A stretch of 64,000 nucleotides of DNA, taken from IMG/VR virus record IMGVR_UViG_3300012347_000377, positions 1 to 64,000 of that record; one strand, given 5' to 3'. The translations under genes were made by a program, and so were the position numbers. Below are positions 18,748 to 25,892 of this stretch, piece after piece. The first letter of the stretch is position 1. Every line of letters begins with the position of its first letter. The notes under the pieces are model-generated. The model ran no database searches, was not told where the DNA came from, and saw only the letters and a program-made list of their open reading frames with translations. Source of the stretch: a virus (lineage: Duplodnaviria; Heunggongvirae; Uroviricota; Caudoviricetes).

Positions 18748-18963
18748 ATGGAAGATAATACTAAAAAATACAATCCGTATCATAAGGAAGCAATTAGACT
18801 CTCTGAAGAATCTAAACTAACATTAACAATAGATGCTTCTATTATAACGAAGTATTCAAACGATATGGAATTGGGTGGTATTATTAGAGAAATGTATATC
18901 AAAAAATGTAAATCAGCAGATGAACAAATTGACCATATACAAACTTTAATGAAAAATATTTAA
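18748..18963 (+). CDS. hypothetical protein (71 aa)
   Basis: ORF. Confidence 0.4.
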   Translation: MEDNTKKYNPYHKEAIRLSEESKLTLTIDASIITKYSNDMELGGIIREMYIKKCKSADEQIDHIQTLMKNI

Positions 18964-19029
18964 TTATTTTTTACGTTTCATATATTTTTATATATGTATA
19001 TAAACAAAAAGAAAGTTCTTTAACATAAT

Positions 19030-19404
19030 GGGGATGCCCGGTATTGACAGATATGAAGTGTTGATATAATTGCAAGCAGGATTAGATGGAAATCCTTAAT
19101 CACCTATCGAACAATAAACGCAGAAGAAAAATCTTCATTCACCTTTGCAGATGCTATGGCATTTGTAGGTGCTGATTTAGCTGTAGCAGCATAATCATCC
19201 TCGCACACATCGTGAGCTAAAAAAGAATGTGAACTCAGGTGGAAAAGTGATTGAACCCGAAATCGAATCACTCATTGTTTATCGGTTGCCGATGGTGAAG
19301 AACCAACCGAATATTTTGTTAGTTAAGAAAAACTAACTAAGCTTGTGAATGAGGTTTATTAAACCATATTTTGGACGAGGGTTCGACTCCCTCCATCTCC
19401 ACCA
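19030..19404 (+). ncRNA. ssrA: tmRNA (SsrA)-like RNA, phage-encoded
   Basis: 5' GGGGATG pairs with 3' CATCTCC-ACCA (G3:U70); 3' end GGACGAGGGTTCGACTCCCTC...CCACCA is tmRNA-like; internal frame aataaacGCAGAAGAA...GCTGTAGCAGCATAA ends in ...ADLAVAA stop. Confidence 0.6.
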
Positions 19405-19423
19405 AAAAAAAATTACAAATATA

Positions 19424-19455
19424 TTTGGAATTGTAAAAATAATTTCGTATCTTTG
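19424..19455 (+). promoter_or_regulatory. phage promoter
   Basis: atttggaattgtaaaaataatttcgtatctttg. Confidence 0.55.
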
Positions 19456-19570
19456 TATTGTTATTAAAATAAAGGTTGAAGCCAATAGTAATAAAACCGA
19501 CTATGTGACCCCGTAAGGAAGAAAGCCGGATACCATTATTTTAATAATAAAAAAAATAAATGAAAAAAGA

Positions 19571-19602
19571 TTTGGAAATGTGAAAATATTTTCGTATCTT
19601 TA
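19571..19602 (+). promoter_or_regulatory. phage promoter
   Basis: tttggaaatgtgaaaatattttcgtatcttta. Confidence 0.5.
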
Positions 19603-19786
19603 CAAAGTAATCAGAATTCGTAAAAACGTACCTGAAGTAAGAGTGACGAAGTTTACTATACCAAATGGTTGATTCTGATTACAAAATCGTTCTTTGAGAA
19701 ATATAATAATTGTGGGAGAGTAGACTAATTGTAAATAAGACGCCCGTAAAATGTACAACATTTCAATTATTATTAAACATTATATC

Positions 19787-19857
19787 GCGAGGGGGAGGTA
19801 AGGTATTTCATTGGTCTCATAAGCCAACCTAAGTGGGTTCGATTCCCACCCTACGCA
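19787..19857 (+). tRNA. tRNA-like gene, anticodon CAT, degenerate D-arm
   Basis: Acceptor GCGAGGG/CCTACGC (1 mismatch), anticodon arm TTGGT-CTCATAA-GCCAA, T-arm GTGGG-TTCGATT-CCCAC. Confidence 0.3.
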
Positions 19858-19940
19858 ACTAAGAGTAAGTAAGAGAACCGGTTATCTAAACCTTTGAGTG
19901 AAGAGCCAAACGTCATACTTACTTACTCAAAAAAAAAACT

Positions 19941-19972
19941 TTAAAAAAGATTTGGAATTGTGAAATTAATTT
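19941..19972 (+). promoter_or_regulatory. phage promoter
   Basis: tttggaattgtgaaattaatttcgtatcttta. Confidence 0.5.
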
Positions 19973-20057
19973 CGTATCTTTACAAAGTAATAAGAAACTA
20001 ATCAACCAAACAACACAAAATTAAAAAGTATTGTTCAATTTAAAAAAAAAATAAATT

Positions 20058-20270
20058 ATGGTAAAGTTTCATAAAGTTCTTTTAATTGCTGGATGTGTGA
20101 CATCATTATTAAGTGGTGTGATAAGTGTAGTTCAAAATAAGTTTGATACATATGCATTTATATCAGCATTGTTATTCTTTAATTTATATCTTAGTTTAAT
20201 TACTAATACGAAATTAGAAAATGCAATTAATGATCACGTTAAATCAGTTAGAAAAATAATTAAAAAATAA
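20058..20270 (+). CDS. small membrane protein (70 aa)
   Basis: Two hydrophobic helices. Confidence 0.4.
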   Translation: MVKFHKVLLIAGCVTSLLSGVISVVQNKFDTYAFISALLFFNLYLSLITNTKLENAINDHVKSVRKIIKK

Positions 20271-20281
20271 TTGTAAAATTA

Positions 20282-20313
20282 TTTGGAAATACGAAAAAAG
20301 TTTCGTATCTTTG
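20282..20313 (+). promoter_or_regulatory. phage promoter
   Basis: tttggaaatacgaaaaaagtttcgtatctttg. Confidence 0.5.
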
Positions 20314-20384
20314 TAAAGTTGGTTCTGAACTCATAGGCAATGAAAGATACTCGGTATCAGAAACAAAAAAAAGTTTAAAAAATA

Positions 20385-20416
20385 TTTGGAATTGTAAAAT
20401 TAATTTCGTATCTTTG
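20385..20416 (+). promoter_or_regulatory. phage promoter driving ORF-free region
   Basis: tttggaattgtaaaattaatttcgtatctttg. Confidence 0.55.
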
Positions 20417-20424
20417 ATAAACAA

Positions 20425-21550
20425 AACGTTCTTTAAATTATTGAAAACATTGCACATAGTATTCTCGTAATACATAGTGCATATCCGCCGCATATGGTGG
20501 TTAAATAAACTTGGAAACAAGGATAAAGTGAATACATTGGTTAATGTGTTTGCGGTTTCAAACCGAAAGGAATGGAACTCGAGTATGCAAGTGGAATATC
20601 ATTAGACCTGATTAGTGAGGGTAACTCCGTAGTGAAATGGTTTGATGACTGGGCTATAGTAGAAGTTCAGTTGAAGTGGGAACACTAATAAGAATAATCC
20701 ATAGAGTTAATGCAAGAAGTGAGAACTTAATCTCTTCTCATCATTGCGTGATTCAATATTAAAGGTGACTTAAAACCGAAAGGTATGATAAAGTACGAGT
20801 GGTGTCGTTATTATCCTTACCTACCTCTCACCAAAGAGTGGGTATTGAAGTAATCTTAAAATATGGCGTTAGAGATAACGCATCGAGTAGTATAGTATTC
20901 TGTTCTTCAAAATGGAACGGAGCTAGTGGTAATCCACTACTTGAATTCTTCTACAAACCAAAACTCAATTTGCTATTTGAATGCAAACTCAAAAACAAAT
21001 AAGAGAAAGAGGTTACCAGTTACAATCGAAAGGTGTGTACTTAGTAGGGAGATGTTCCCTGCCACAAACACTCTCAAGGTGAATGTGATTCTTTCAAAAA
21101 ACTTCTAGCATTGCGAGATGTTAATCGGGTCGGCAGATTCGAAGAGGCGGAGTAAAAAGAGAGTAGGTTGTGACTTAAAGATTGGTAAATCTATAATTAC
21201 CCACATTGAATTGGTACTTCTCAAAAGGAAGTGGAAATTAAGGCAACCCATAACCCTTATAAAGCTGGTTCACAATATGGAGTATTCTCATCCTTATACA
21301 AGATGTAATAGTGTAATGGTAGCACGTTCCAATGGTGACTTTGGAAAGCAAGGTTCGATTCCTTAAACATCTCTTCGTAGTGGTTTACGGCAGATAGGTT
21401 AGGTGTATCTCTCTAACAACTGAAAGTCCACTTAAATAAAAATGACAAATAGTATGAAGATATGGTTTTCAGTAGGGGATTTTCGCCTTAAACAATCTCA
21501 ACCAATACGAATTAGTGTTGATGGTAAACAATGGATGTAGCTAGTCCTTT
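20425..21550 (+). ncRNA. candidate large structured non-coding RNA (about 1.1 kb, ORF-free)
   Basis: Bounded by consensus promoter and terminator; no ORF >82 aa in any frame; visibly G+C-richer than coding DNA; recurring ccgaaagg/tcgaaagg GNRA-like hairpins (20562, 20778, 21037). Confidence 0.35.
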
Positions 21551-21586
21551 GGAAAGAACCACCCTACGAAATCTTTCCTTTTTTAT
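21551..21586 (+). terminator. rho-independent terminator
   Basis: GGAAAG-16nt-CTTTCC followed by TTTTTT. Confidence 0.5.
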
Positions 21587-21661
21587 AACAATGGTTGTAG
21601 GTAGGTTCGATTCCTCCGTTATATCTAAATTAATTAAACACAAACAAAAAAAACAATTATT

Positions 21662-21841
21662 ATGAAAAAAGTATTAGCAATTTTCGCAGTGGCATCTTTA
21701 GTAGTATTAGCATCTTGCGGTGGTAAAGCAACAACTGAAGCAACAACAGATTCAACGGCAGTAGCAACAGATTCAGTATCGGTAGATTCAACCGCAACAC
21801 CAGCAGTAGATTCAACAGCAACAACAGCGGAAGTAAAATAA
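21662..21841 (+). CDS. small lipoprotein (59 aa) with DSTA repeats
   Basis: MKKVLAIFAVASLVVLASCGG lipobox; not in supplied track (<60 aa). Confidence 0.45.
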   Translation: MKKVLAIFAVASLVVLASCGGKATTEATTDSTAVATDSVSVDSTATPAVDSTATTAEVK

Positions 21842-21887
21842 TTTCGTAAAAAATAATTAAAAAATAAATTTTATATATTTATAAGCA

Positions 21888-22049
21888 ATGAAAACTCTAA
21901 CATTACATACAATCAACCAACTACCAACACAGAAATGTGCGTGGACAGGGAATCGTATGTTTAGTATGATAGAACTACCGCAAGCAAAATCGATTATTGG
22001 CAATGTGGATTATAATAGTTCTTCGTTAGGGGAGGCATCTGGATGGTAA
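21888..22049 (+). CDS. hypothetical small protein (53 aa)
   Basis: ORF followed immediately by terminator. Confidence 0.3.
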   Translation: MKTLTLHTINQLPTQKCAWTGNRMFSMIELPQAKSIIGNVDYNSSSLGEASGW

Positions 22050-22080
22050 TATAATAAAATTTATATTTATATTTTGGAAA

Positions 22081-22115
22081 CCCTAACTGATATTTAGTTA
22101 GGGTTTTTTGTTTTT
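22081..22115 (+). terminator. rho-independent terminator
   Basis: CCCTAACT-gatattt-AGTTAGGG plus TTTTTTGTTTTT. Confidence 0.6.
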
Positions 22116-22187
22116 GGGGATATAGCTCAATGGTAGAGCAACGGACTGTTAATCCGTAGGTTGTAGGTTCGAATCCTTCTATCCCCG
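22116..22187 (+). tRNA. tRNA-Asn (GTT)
   Basis: GGGGATA/TATCCCC acceptor, loop CTGTTAA, T-loop TTCGAAT. Confidence 0.85.
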
Positions 22188-22275
22188 CAATAAGAGTTCA
22201 TTGACATATTGGATATTAACTAATGGGCTTTAGTGGGAAGCCGCAAGAACGATAGATGTTGTTCATCCACTAAAT

Positions 22276-22347
22276 GCGAATATCGTATAATGGTTATTAC
22301 TCCTTCCTTCCAAGTAGGAGATGTAGGTTCGATTCCTACTATTCGCT
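22276..22347 (+). tRNA. tRNA-Gly (TCC)
   Basis: GCGAATA/TATTCGC acceptor, loop CTTCCAA, GTAGG-TTCGATT-CCTAC. Confidence 0.75.
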
Positions 22348-22451
22348 CAATAAACACATTGAAGGTTCGACCCTCTACCAAATATGATATATTCATAAAT
22401 GGATTCATGAGGGAGCTACCTATTGATAAGTGACCGCACAAGCGGTAAAAT

Positions 22452-22522
22452 TGCCTGATGGTGTAGCGGTAGCACAACTGTTTTTGGTGCAGTTAGGGTA
22501 GGTTCGAATCCTGCTCGGGTAA
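22452..22522 (+). tRNA. tRNA-Gln (TTG)
   Basis: TGCCTGA/TCGGGTA acceptor (2 G-U), anticodon arm ACTGT-TTTTGGT-GCAGT, T-loop TTCGAAT. Confidence 0.55.
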
Positions 22523-22528
22523 CAATTT

Positions 22529-22602
22529 AGAAGATTAGCTCAGTTGGTTAGAGCATTTGGTTTACATCCAAAGGGTCATAGGTTCGAATCCTATATCTTC
22601 TA
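22529..22602 (+). tRNA. tRNA-Val (TAC)
   Basis: AGAAGAT/ATCTTCT acceptor, GCTC-AGTTGGTTA-GAGC D-arm, loop TTTACAT. Confidence 0.85.
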
Positions 22603-22610
22603 CAATAATT

Positions 22611-22694
22611 GGGAGTGTTGAGCAACGGTTGCTTAGCGGACTGTAAATCCGTGGTCTTTCGGCATTGGGGGTTCGAATCCCTCCACTCCCACCA
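22611..22694 (+). tRNA. tRNA-Tyr (GTA), CCA encoded
   Basis: GGGAGTG/CACTCCC, loop CTGTAAA, long variable arm, ends ACCA. Confidence 0.85.
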
Positions 22695-22697
22695 ATC

Positions 22698-22770
22698 GGA
22701 GCTTTGGTATAGCTGGTGCGTACGCTAGTCTGAAGAACTAGAGGACAAGGTTCGATTCCTTGAGGCTCCA
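22698..22770 (+). tRNA. tRNA-Phe (GAA)
   Basis: GGAGCTT/AGGCTCC, loop CTGAAGA, CAAGG-TTCGATT-CCTTG. Confidence 0.8.
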
Positions 22771-22832
22771 CAATAAAGTGATATTTGAACAATAAATTGA
22801 TTATCTTTATTAGACAGAAATAAGTTTATTAT

Positions 22833-22906
22833 GACTCCGTAGCTCAGTTGGTTAGAGCACCTCACTTTTAATGAGGGAGTCAATGGTTCGAGTCCATTCG
22901 GGGTCA
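22833..22906 (+). tRNA. tRNA-Lys (TTT)
   Basis: GACTCCG/CGGGGTC, loop CTTTTAA, T-loop TTCGAGT. Confidence 0.85.
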
Positions 22907-22962
22907 CAATAGTAGTTTTGAGGTTGGCGAATTCTACTTTAAAAAAATAATCCATCCACCAT

Positions 22963-23035
22963 AGGGTAGTTGACTAATGGTTAAGTCACTTGCTTTGGGA
23001 GCAAGACGATGGAGGTTCGAGTCCTCTCTACCCTA
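22963..23035 (+). tRNA. tRNA-Pro (TGG)
   Basis: AGGGTAG/CTACCCT, arm CTTGC-TTTGGGA-GCAAG (G37). Confidence 0.8.
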
Positions 23036-23041
23036 CAACAC

Positions 23042-23115
23042 TGGTAATTAGCTCATTTGGTTAGAGCATCTCGCTGATACCGAGAAGGTGGCAGGTTCGA
23101 ATCCCGCATTACCAA
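23042..23115 (+). tRNA. tRNA-Ile (GAT)
   Basis: TGGTAAT/ATTACCA, loop CTGATAC. Confidence 0.8.
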
Positions 23116-23126
23116 CTATAAAATAC

Positions 23127-23197
23127 ACGGGTATGGTGCAATGGTAGCATACGGCTCTCCAAAAGCTTTGATGGAAGTTCGAATCTTTCTATCCGTG
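23127..23197 (+). tRNA. tRNA-Trp (CCA)
   Basis: ACGGGTA/TATCCGT, loop CTCCAAA, GGAAG-TTCGAAT-CTTTC; anticodon stem has one mismatch. Confidence 0.55.
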
Positions 23198-23258
23198 CTA
23201 AATGTAAAATTATGAAACAATTATTTGACAAACATTAGGTAACAAAACCTAATGTATA

Positions 23259-23462
23259 ATGAAAGAAGAAAGAGTAAAAAGAATGAGAATGGAATGGAAC
23301 TATTGTTTCATTTGTTCTAAAAGATGTGGTAGTTGGTATTATGATTGTGCACCTTCAAAGATTTGGGGTAGACATGGAAATGGTAAACCAATTTATTCAC
23401 ATAAGTTCAGAGAGTATAAAAGTTGGAAACACAACAGAAAGACACAATGGAAGATAATGTAA
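23259..23462 (+). CDS. small Cys/Trp-rich protein (67 aa)
   Basis: ORF between tRNA blocks. Confidence 0.35.
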   Translation: MKEERVKRMRMEWNYCFICSKRCGSWYYDCAPSKIWGRHGNGKPIYSHKFREYKSWKHNRKTQWKIM

Positions 23463-23689
23463 TAAATCGGTTAGTTCCGAGATTGAAAAAAATTGGTATT
23501 GAAGTGGAATTAGCTGGAAACTATCCTTGGATATATCTTGAAAAAGTAAATGGAAATAGGATAAAGAGAGAGGATTTCTTTAGAGGGAATCATGGATTCA
23601 CCATTGCTTTCTTACCAATCAGAAATGATCAAGTTATGGAATTGACTGATATTGGTAAAGTATTTGAAATGATACGAAAGTATAAATAA
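23423..23689 (+). CDS. hypothetical protein (88 aa; start may be internal ATG at 23447)
   Basis: ORF. Confidence 0.35.
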   Translation: METQQKDTMEDNVINRLVPRLKKIGIEVELAGNYPWIYLEKVNGNRIKREDFFRGNHGFTIAFLPIRNDQVMELTDIGKVFEMIRKYK

Positions 23690-23692
23690 AAT

Positions 23693-23764
23693 AGTTCCGT
23701 AGTTTAACGGATAGAACAATTGGCTACGAACCATTAAATGGGAGTTCGATTCTCTCCGGAACTA
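23693..23764 (+). tRNA. tRNA-Arg (ACG)
   Basis: AGTTCCG/CGGAACT, loop CTACGAA, GGGAG-TTCGATT-CTCTC. Confidence 0.65.
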
Positions 23765-23828
23765 CAAATGATATGGTACCTGAAACGTTAAATGGAGGGG
23801 GGTTCGCCTGAAATGCCATATCATTAAA

Positions 23829-23901
23829 TGTCAGGTTGACCGAGTTGGTTAGGTGGAGGTCTGCAAAACCTTTTACATTGGTTCGAATCCAATACTTGAC
23901 T
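23829..23901 (+). tRNA. tRNA-Cys (GCA)
   Basis: GTCAGGT/ACTTGAC, arm GAGGT-CTGCAAA-ACCTT, ATTGG-TTCGAAT-CCAAT. Confidence 0.65.
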
Positions 23902-23960
23902 CGATAAAGGATACTGGTCGTATCGCCTGACGAGGAGAGTGTGGTTCGATTCCACAAAAC

Positions 23961-24030
23961 TGCGTGACTTAGTGGAAAAGAACTTTCTCTCATAAGGAAG
24001 GTCAATTGAGTTCGAACCTCAAACACGCAA
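23961..24030 (+). tRNA. tRNA-like, anticodon CAT (Met/Ile2-type loop), weak D-arm
   Basis: TGCGTGA/ACACGCA (1 mismatch), TTTCT-CTCATAA-GGAAG, TTGAG-TTCGAAC-CTCAA. Confidence 0.3.
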
Positions 24031-24096
24031 CGATGAATAATATATTATACAAAAGCAGTATATTTAGGGGTAAATGAATAATATATTATACAACAT

Positions 24097-24182
24097 AGAG
24101 AGTTACCCAAGTCGGTGAAGGGGCCTGTTTGCTAAACAGGTAGGATGTTAAAGTCGCAAGGGTTCGAGCCCCTTACTCTCTA
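24097..24182 (+). tRNA. tRNA-Ser (GCT)
   Basis: AGAGAGT/ACTCTCT, CCTGT-TTGCTAA-ACAGG, long variable arm. Confidence 0.85.
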
Positions 24183-24199
24183 CGGAAAAATAATTAATT

Positions 24200-24274
24200 G
24201 CTCGTATGGCGGAATTGGAATACGCAACGGCCTTAGAACCCGTACAATTGAAAGTTCGAATCTTTCTATGAGCA
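24200..24274 (+). tRNA. tRNA with UAG anticodon (Leu-decoding) but short variable arm
   Basis: GCTCGTA/TATGAGC, loop CTTAGAA, GAAAG-TTCGAAT-CTTTC; class-I architecture is unusual for Leu. Confidence 0.45.
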
Positions 24275-24297
24275 CAAACACTTAAACAACGATAATT

Positions 24298-24756
24298 ATG
24301 GTTTACAGAAAACTGGGAGACAGAACCGAAGTTGATTTAGTAGAATACATTAAAACGTATTTAACTAATCACGATGATGTTGATATTCTAATTGGGTGTG
24401 ATTCACAAAATCACAGATTCCAAACAACCTATGCCATCGTAGTTGCGTTGTATCATAGGGGTAAAGGTGGTCATGTCTTATATAACAAATGGACAGTTCC
24501 AAGAGAAAGAGTAAGACAAACTCGTTTATTAAATGAAGTTTGGTATTCAGTTGAAACTGCTGAATTACTAAGAGAATCAGGAATACCAAAACCAAAATGG
24601 ATTGATGTGGATTTAAATCCAGATCCACGTTTCAAATCTAACGAAGTGTTTAGACAAGCAGTTGGTATGGTTGAAGGAATGGGTTATCAGGTTAGATATA
24701 AATCATTAGGTCCGATTGCAACATATTGTGCAGACCACTTAGTAAAAAATAATTAA
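24298..24756 (+). CDS. DUF458/YkuK-like RNase H-fold protein
   Basis: DILIGCDSQ...YAIVVALYHRGKGG resembles YkuK family core (viGTDSq). Confidence 0.4.
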   Translation: MVYRKLGDRTEVDLVEYIKTYLTNHDDVDILIGCDSQNHRFQTTYAIVVALYHRGKGGHVLYNKWTVPRERVRQTRLLNEVWYSVETAELLRESGIPKPKWIDVDLNPDPRFKSNEVFRQAVGMVEGMGYQVRYKSLGPIATYCADHLVKNN

Positions 24757-24763
24757 AAAAACA

Positions 24764-24795
24764 TTTGGATATATAAAATAATTTTCGTATCTTTG
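24764..24795 (+). promoter_or_regulatory. phage promoter
   Basis: tttggatatataaaataattttcgtatctttg. Confidence 0.55.
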
Positions 24796-24810
24796 TAATG
24801 TATTAAAAAA

Positions 24811-24929
24811 TAAAGAGGTAGTGAAGCTGTAATGATGAGCTTTGGGGTAAAGGTTGGAAAAAGGGTTAATAGTATGACTTAAAGCCTACACTCATCATCA
24901 GTAACCCTGAAAGACCCGAAACCTCTTTA
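24811..24929 (+). ncRNA. structured RNA element (nested perfect helices) in 5' leader of tRNA-Met
   Basis: Outer 9-bp helix TAAAGAGGT/ACCTCTTTA; inner CTG-ta-ATGATGAG/CTCATCAT-CAG helix. Confidence 0.35.
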
Positions 24930-24933
24930 ATTT

Positions 24934-25010
24934 GGACTTGTAGCTCAGTTGGTTAGAGCAACTGACTCATAATCAGTAGGTAATAGGTTCGATCCCTATC
25001 TGGTCCACCA
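24934..25010 (+). tRNA. tRNA-Met (CAT), CCA encoded
   Basis: GGACTTG/CTGGTCC (one U-U), GCTC-AGTTGGTTA-GAGC, ACTGA-CTCATAA-TCAGT, ends ACCA. Confidence 0.75.
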
Positions 25011-25021
25011 AATAAAAAAGT

Positions 25022-25264
25022 ATGATTCCAAAAAGTGAAATGTTAGAAGGTTGGTATAATGGATTTAGTAGAAACAACCATGTAGCATATTGGGATGGTG
25101 ATCAATTCCAATACATCAGATATTCATTCGGTTTCTATTTGGATACGATTGAACATTTTGAAGATGTTAAAGAAAGTGGGTTTGATGGATTTGTTCCAGT
25201 TGAAAGAATTGAACGAATTCCAAATGATACTCAATGGAAAATTAAAGACGAAATTGGGTATTAA
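25022..25264 (+). CDS. hypothetical protein (80 aa)
   Basis: ORF. Confidence 0.4.
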   Translation: MIPKSEMLEGWYNGFSRNNHVAYWDGDQFQYIRYSFGFYLDTIEHFEDVKESGFDGFVPVERIERIPNDTQWKIKDEIGY

Positions 25265-25281
25265 AAAAAAGTAAAAAAAGA

Positions 25282-25313
25282 TTAGGAAATGTAAAATATT
25301 TTTCGTATCTTTA
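25282..25313 (+). promoter_or_regulatory. phage promoter (attagg variant)
   Basis: attaggaaatgtaaaatatttttcgtatcttta. Confidence 0.45.
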
Positions 25314-25349
25314 TAATGTTCTTTGAAACGATGGTTAGTAAAGTAATAT

Positions 25350-25424
25350 GGTGGTTGTAGCTCAACTGGTTAGAGCATCCGATTGTGATTCGGAAGGTTA
25401 TGGGTTCGAAACCCATCATTCACC
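25350..25424 (+). tRNA. tRNA-His (GTG) with encoded G-1
   Basis: G-1 plus GTGGTTG/CATTCAC, C73, loop TTGTGAT. Confidence 0.7.
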
Positions 25425-25500
25425 CAAGGAGTTCCCAATCTCAAGTGCTGGTTAGTTGAAACACGCTGATCGAAGAGCCCATCAAAATTGGTGGAATAAT

Positions 25501-25627
25501 AGTCTTGTGGCGAAATGGTAAACGCAAATGTCACTCGGAGAAGAAGGAACTAAGCCAACATCTCCTTGCAAGTGATAGGGTATTCTAAAGAGTAAATCCC
25601 GTACAGGTTCGAATCCTGTCATGACTA
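25501..25627 (+). tRNA. tRNA-like gene with roughly 55-nt insertion (paralogue of 726-838)
   Basis: AGTCTTG/CATGACT acceptor, D-arm GGCGAAATGGTAAACGC, ACAGG-TTCGAAT-CCTGT; internal hairpins CACTCGGAGA...TCTCCTTGCAAGTG and AGGG...CCC. Confidence 0.4.
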
Positions 25628-25819
25628 CAATGTATCAAATGTGCAGTGAAAATAAATGTAGGCATACATATATGAGGTGGGTTCGACTCCCGTATAATAA
25701 TTCCAACTTAGGGGGGAAGCCAAGTAACTGAAAACACATTATAGCCGATTTGGGTTGTGCACCTCGTCCGAGAAACCCTAATAGTTCCTAATAGGTCGGT
25801 ATGGAACTGATACATAATT

Positions 25820-25892
25820 GCTTCCATAGCTCAACTGGTAGAGCCCTCGATTTGTAATCGAGAGGTTGTTGGTTCGATTCCGACTGGAAGCT
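25820..25892 (+). tRNA. tRNA-Thr (TGT)
   Basis: GCTTCCA/TGGAAGC, CTCGA-TTTGTAA-TCGAG. Confidence 0.8.

Noticed and set aside
19861-20370. Hairpins GAGTAAGTAAG...CTTACTTACTC (19861-19927) and GTTCTGA...TCAGAAC (20322-20362) as terminators
   Set aside because: They are followed by A-runs, not U-runs, on the transcribed strand, so they are not canonical intrinsic terminators; noted as stable stem-loops only
20799-21366. Short + strand ORFs (67, 60, 82 aa) inside the 20.4-21.6 kb region
   Set aside because: Overlapping each other in different frames, no RBS-like context, region is G+C-richer and hairpin-dense; more consistent with structured RNA than protein
22220-22955. Track ORFs 22220-22477(-), 22233-22433(+), 22562-22792(-), 22725-22955(-) inside the tRNA array
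   Set aside because: They run through back-to-back tRNA genes; translations are low-complexity read-through of cloverleaf sequence (e.g. contain GSIP, GFEP from T-arms), so they are not coding
23774-23826. Perfect 7-bp inverted repeat GATATGG...CCATATC enclosing a GGTTCGCC T-loop-like sequence
   Set aside because: Only 53 nt, too short for a tRNA; possibly a tRNA remnant or processing hairpin
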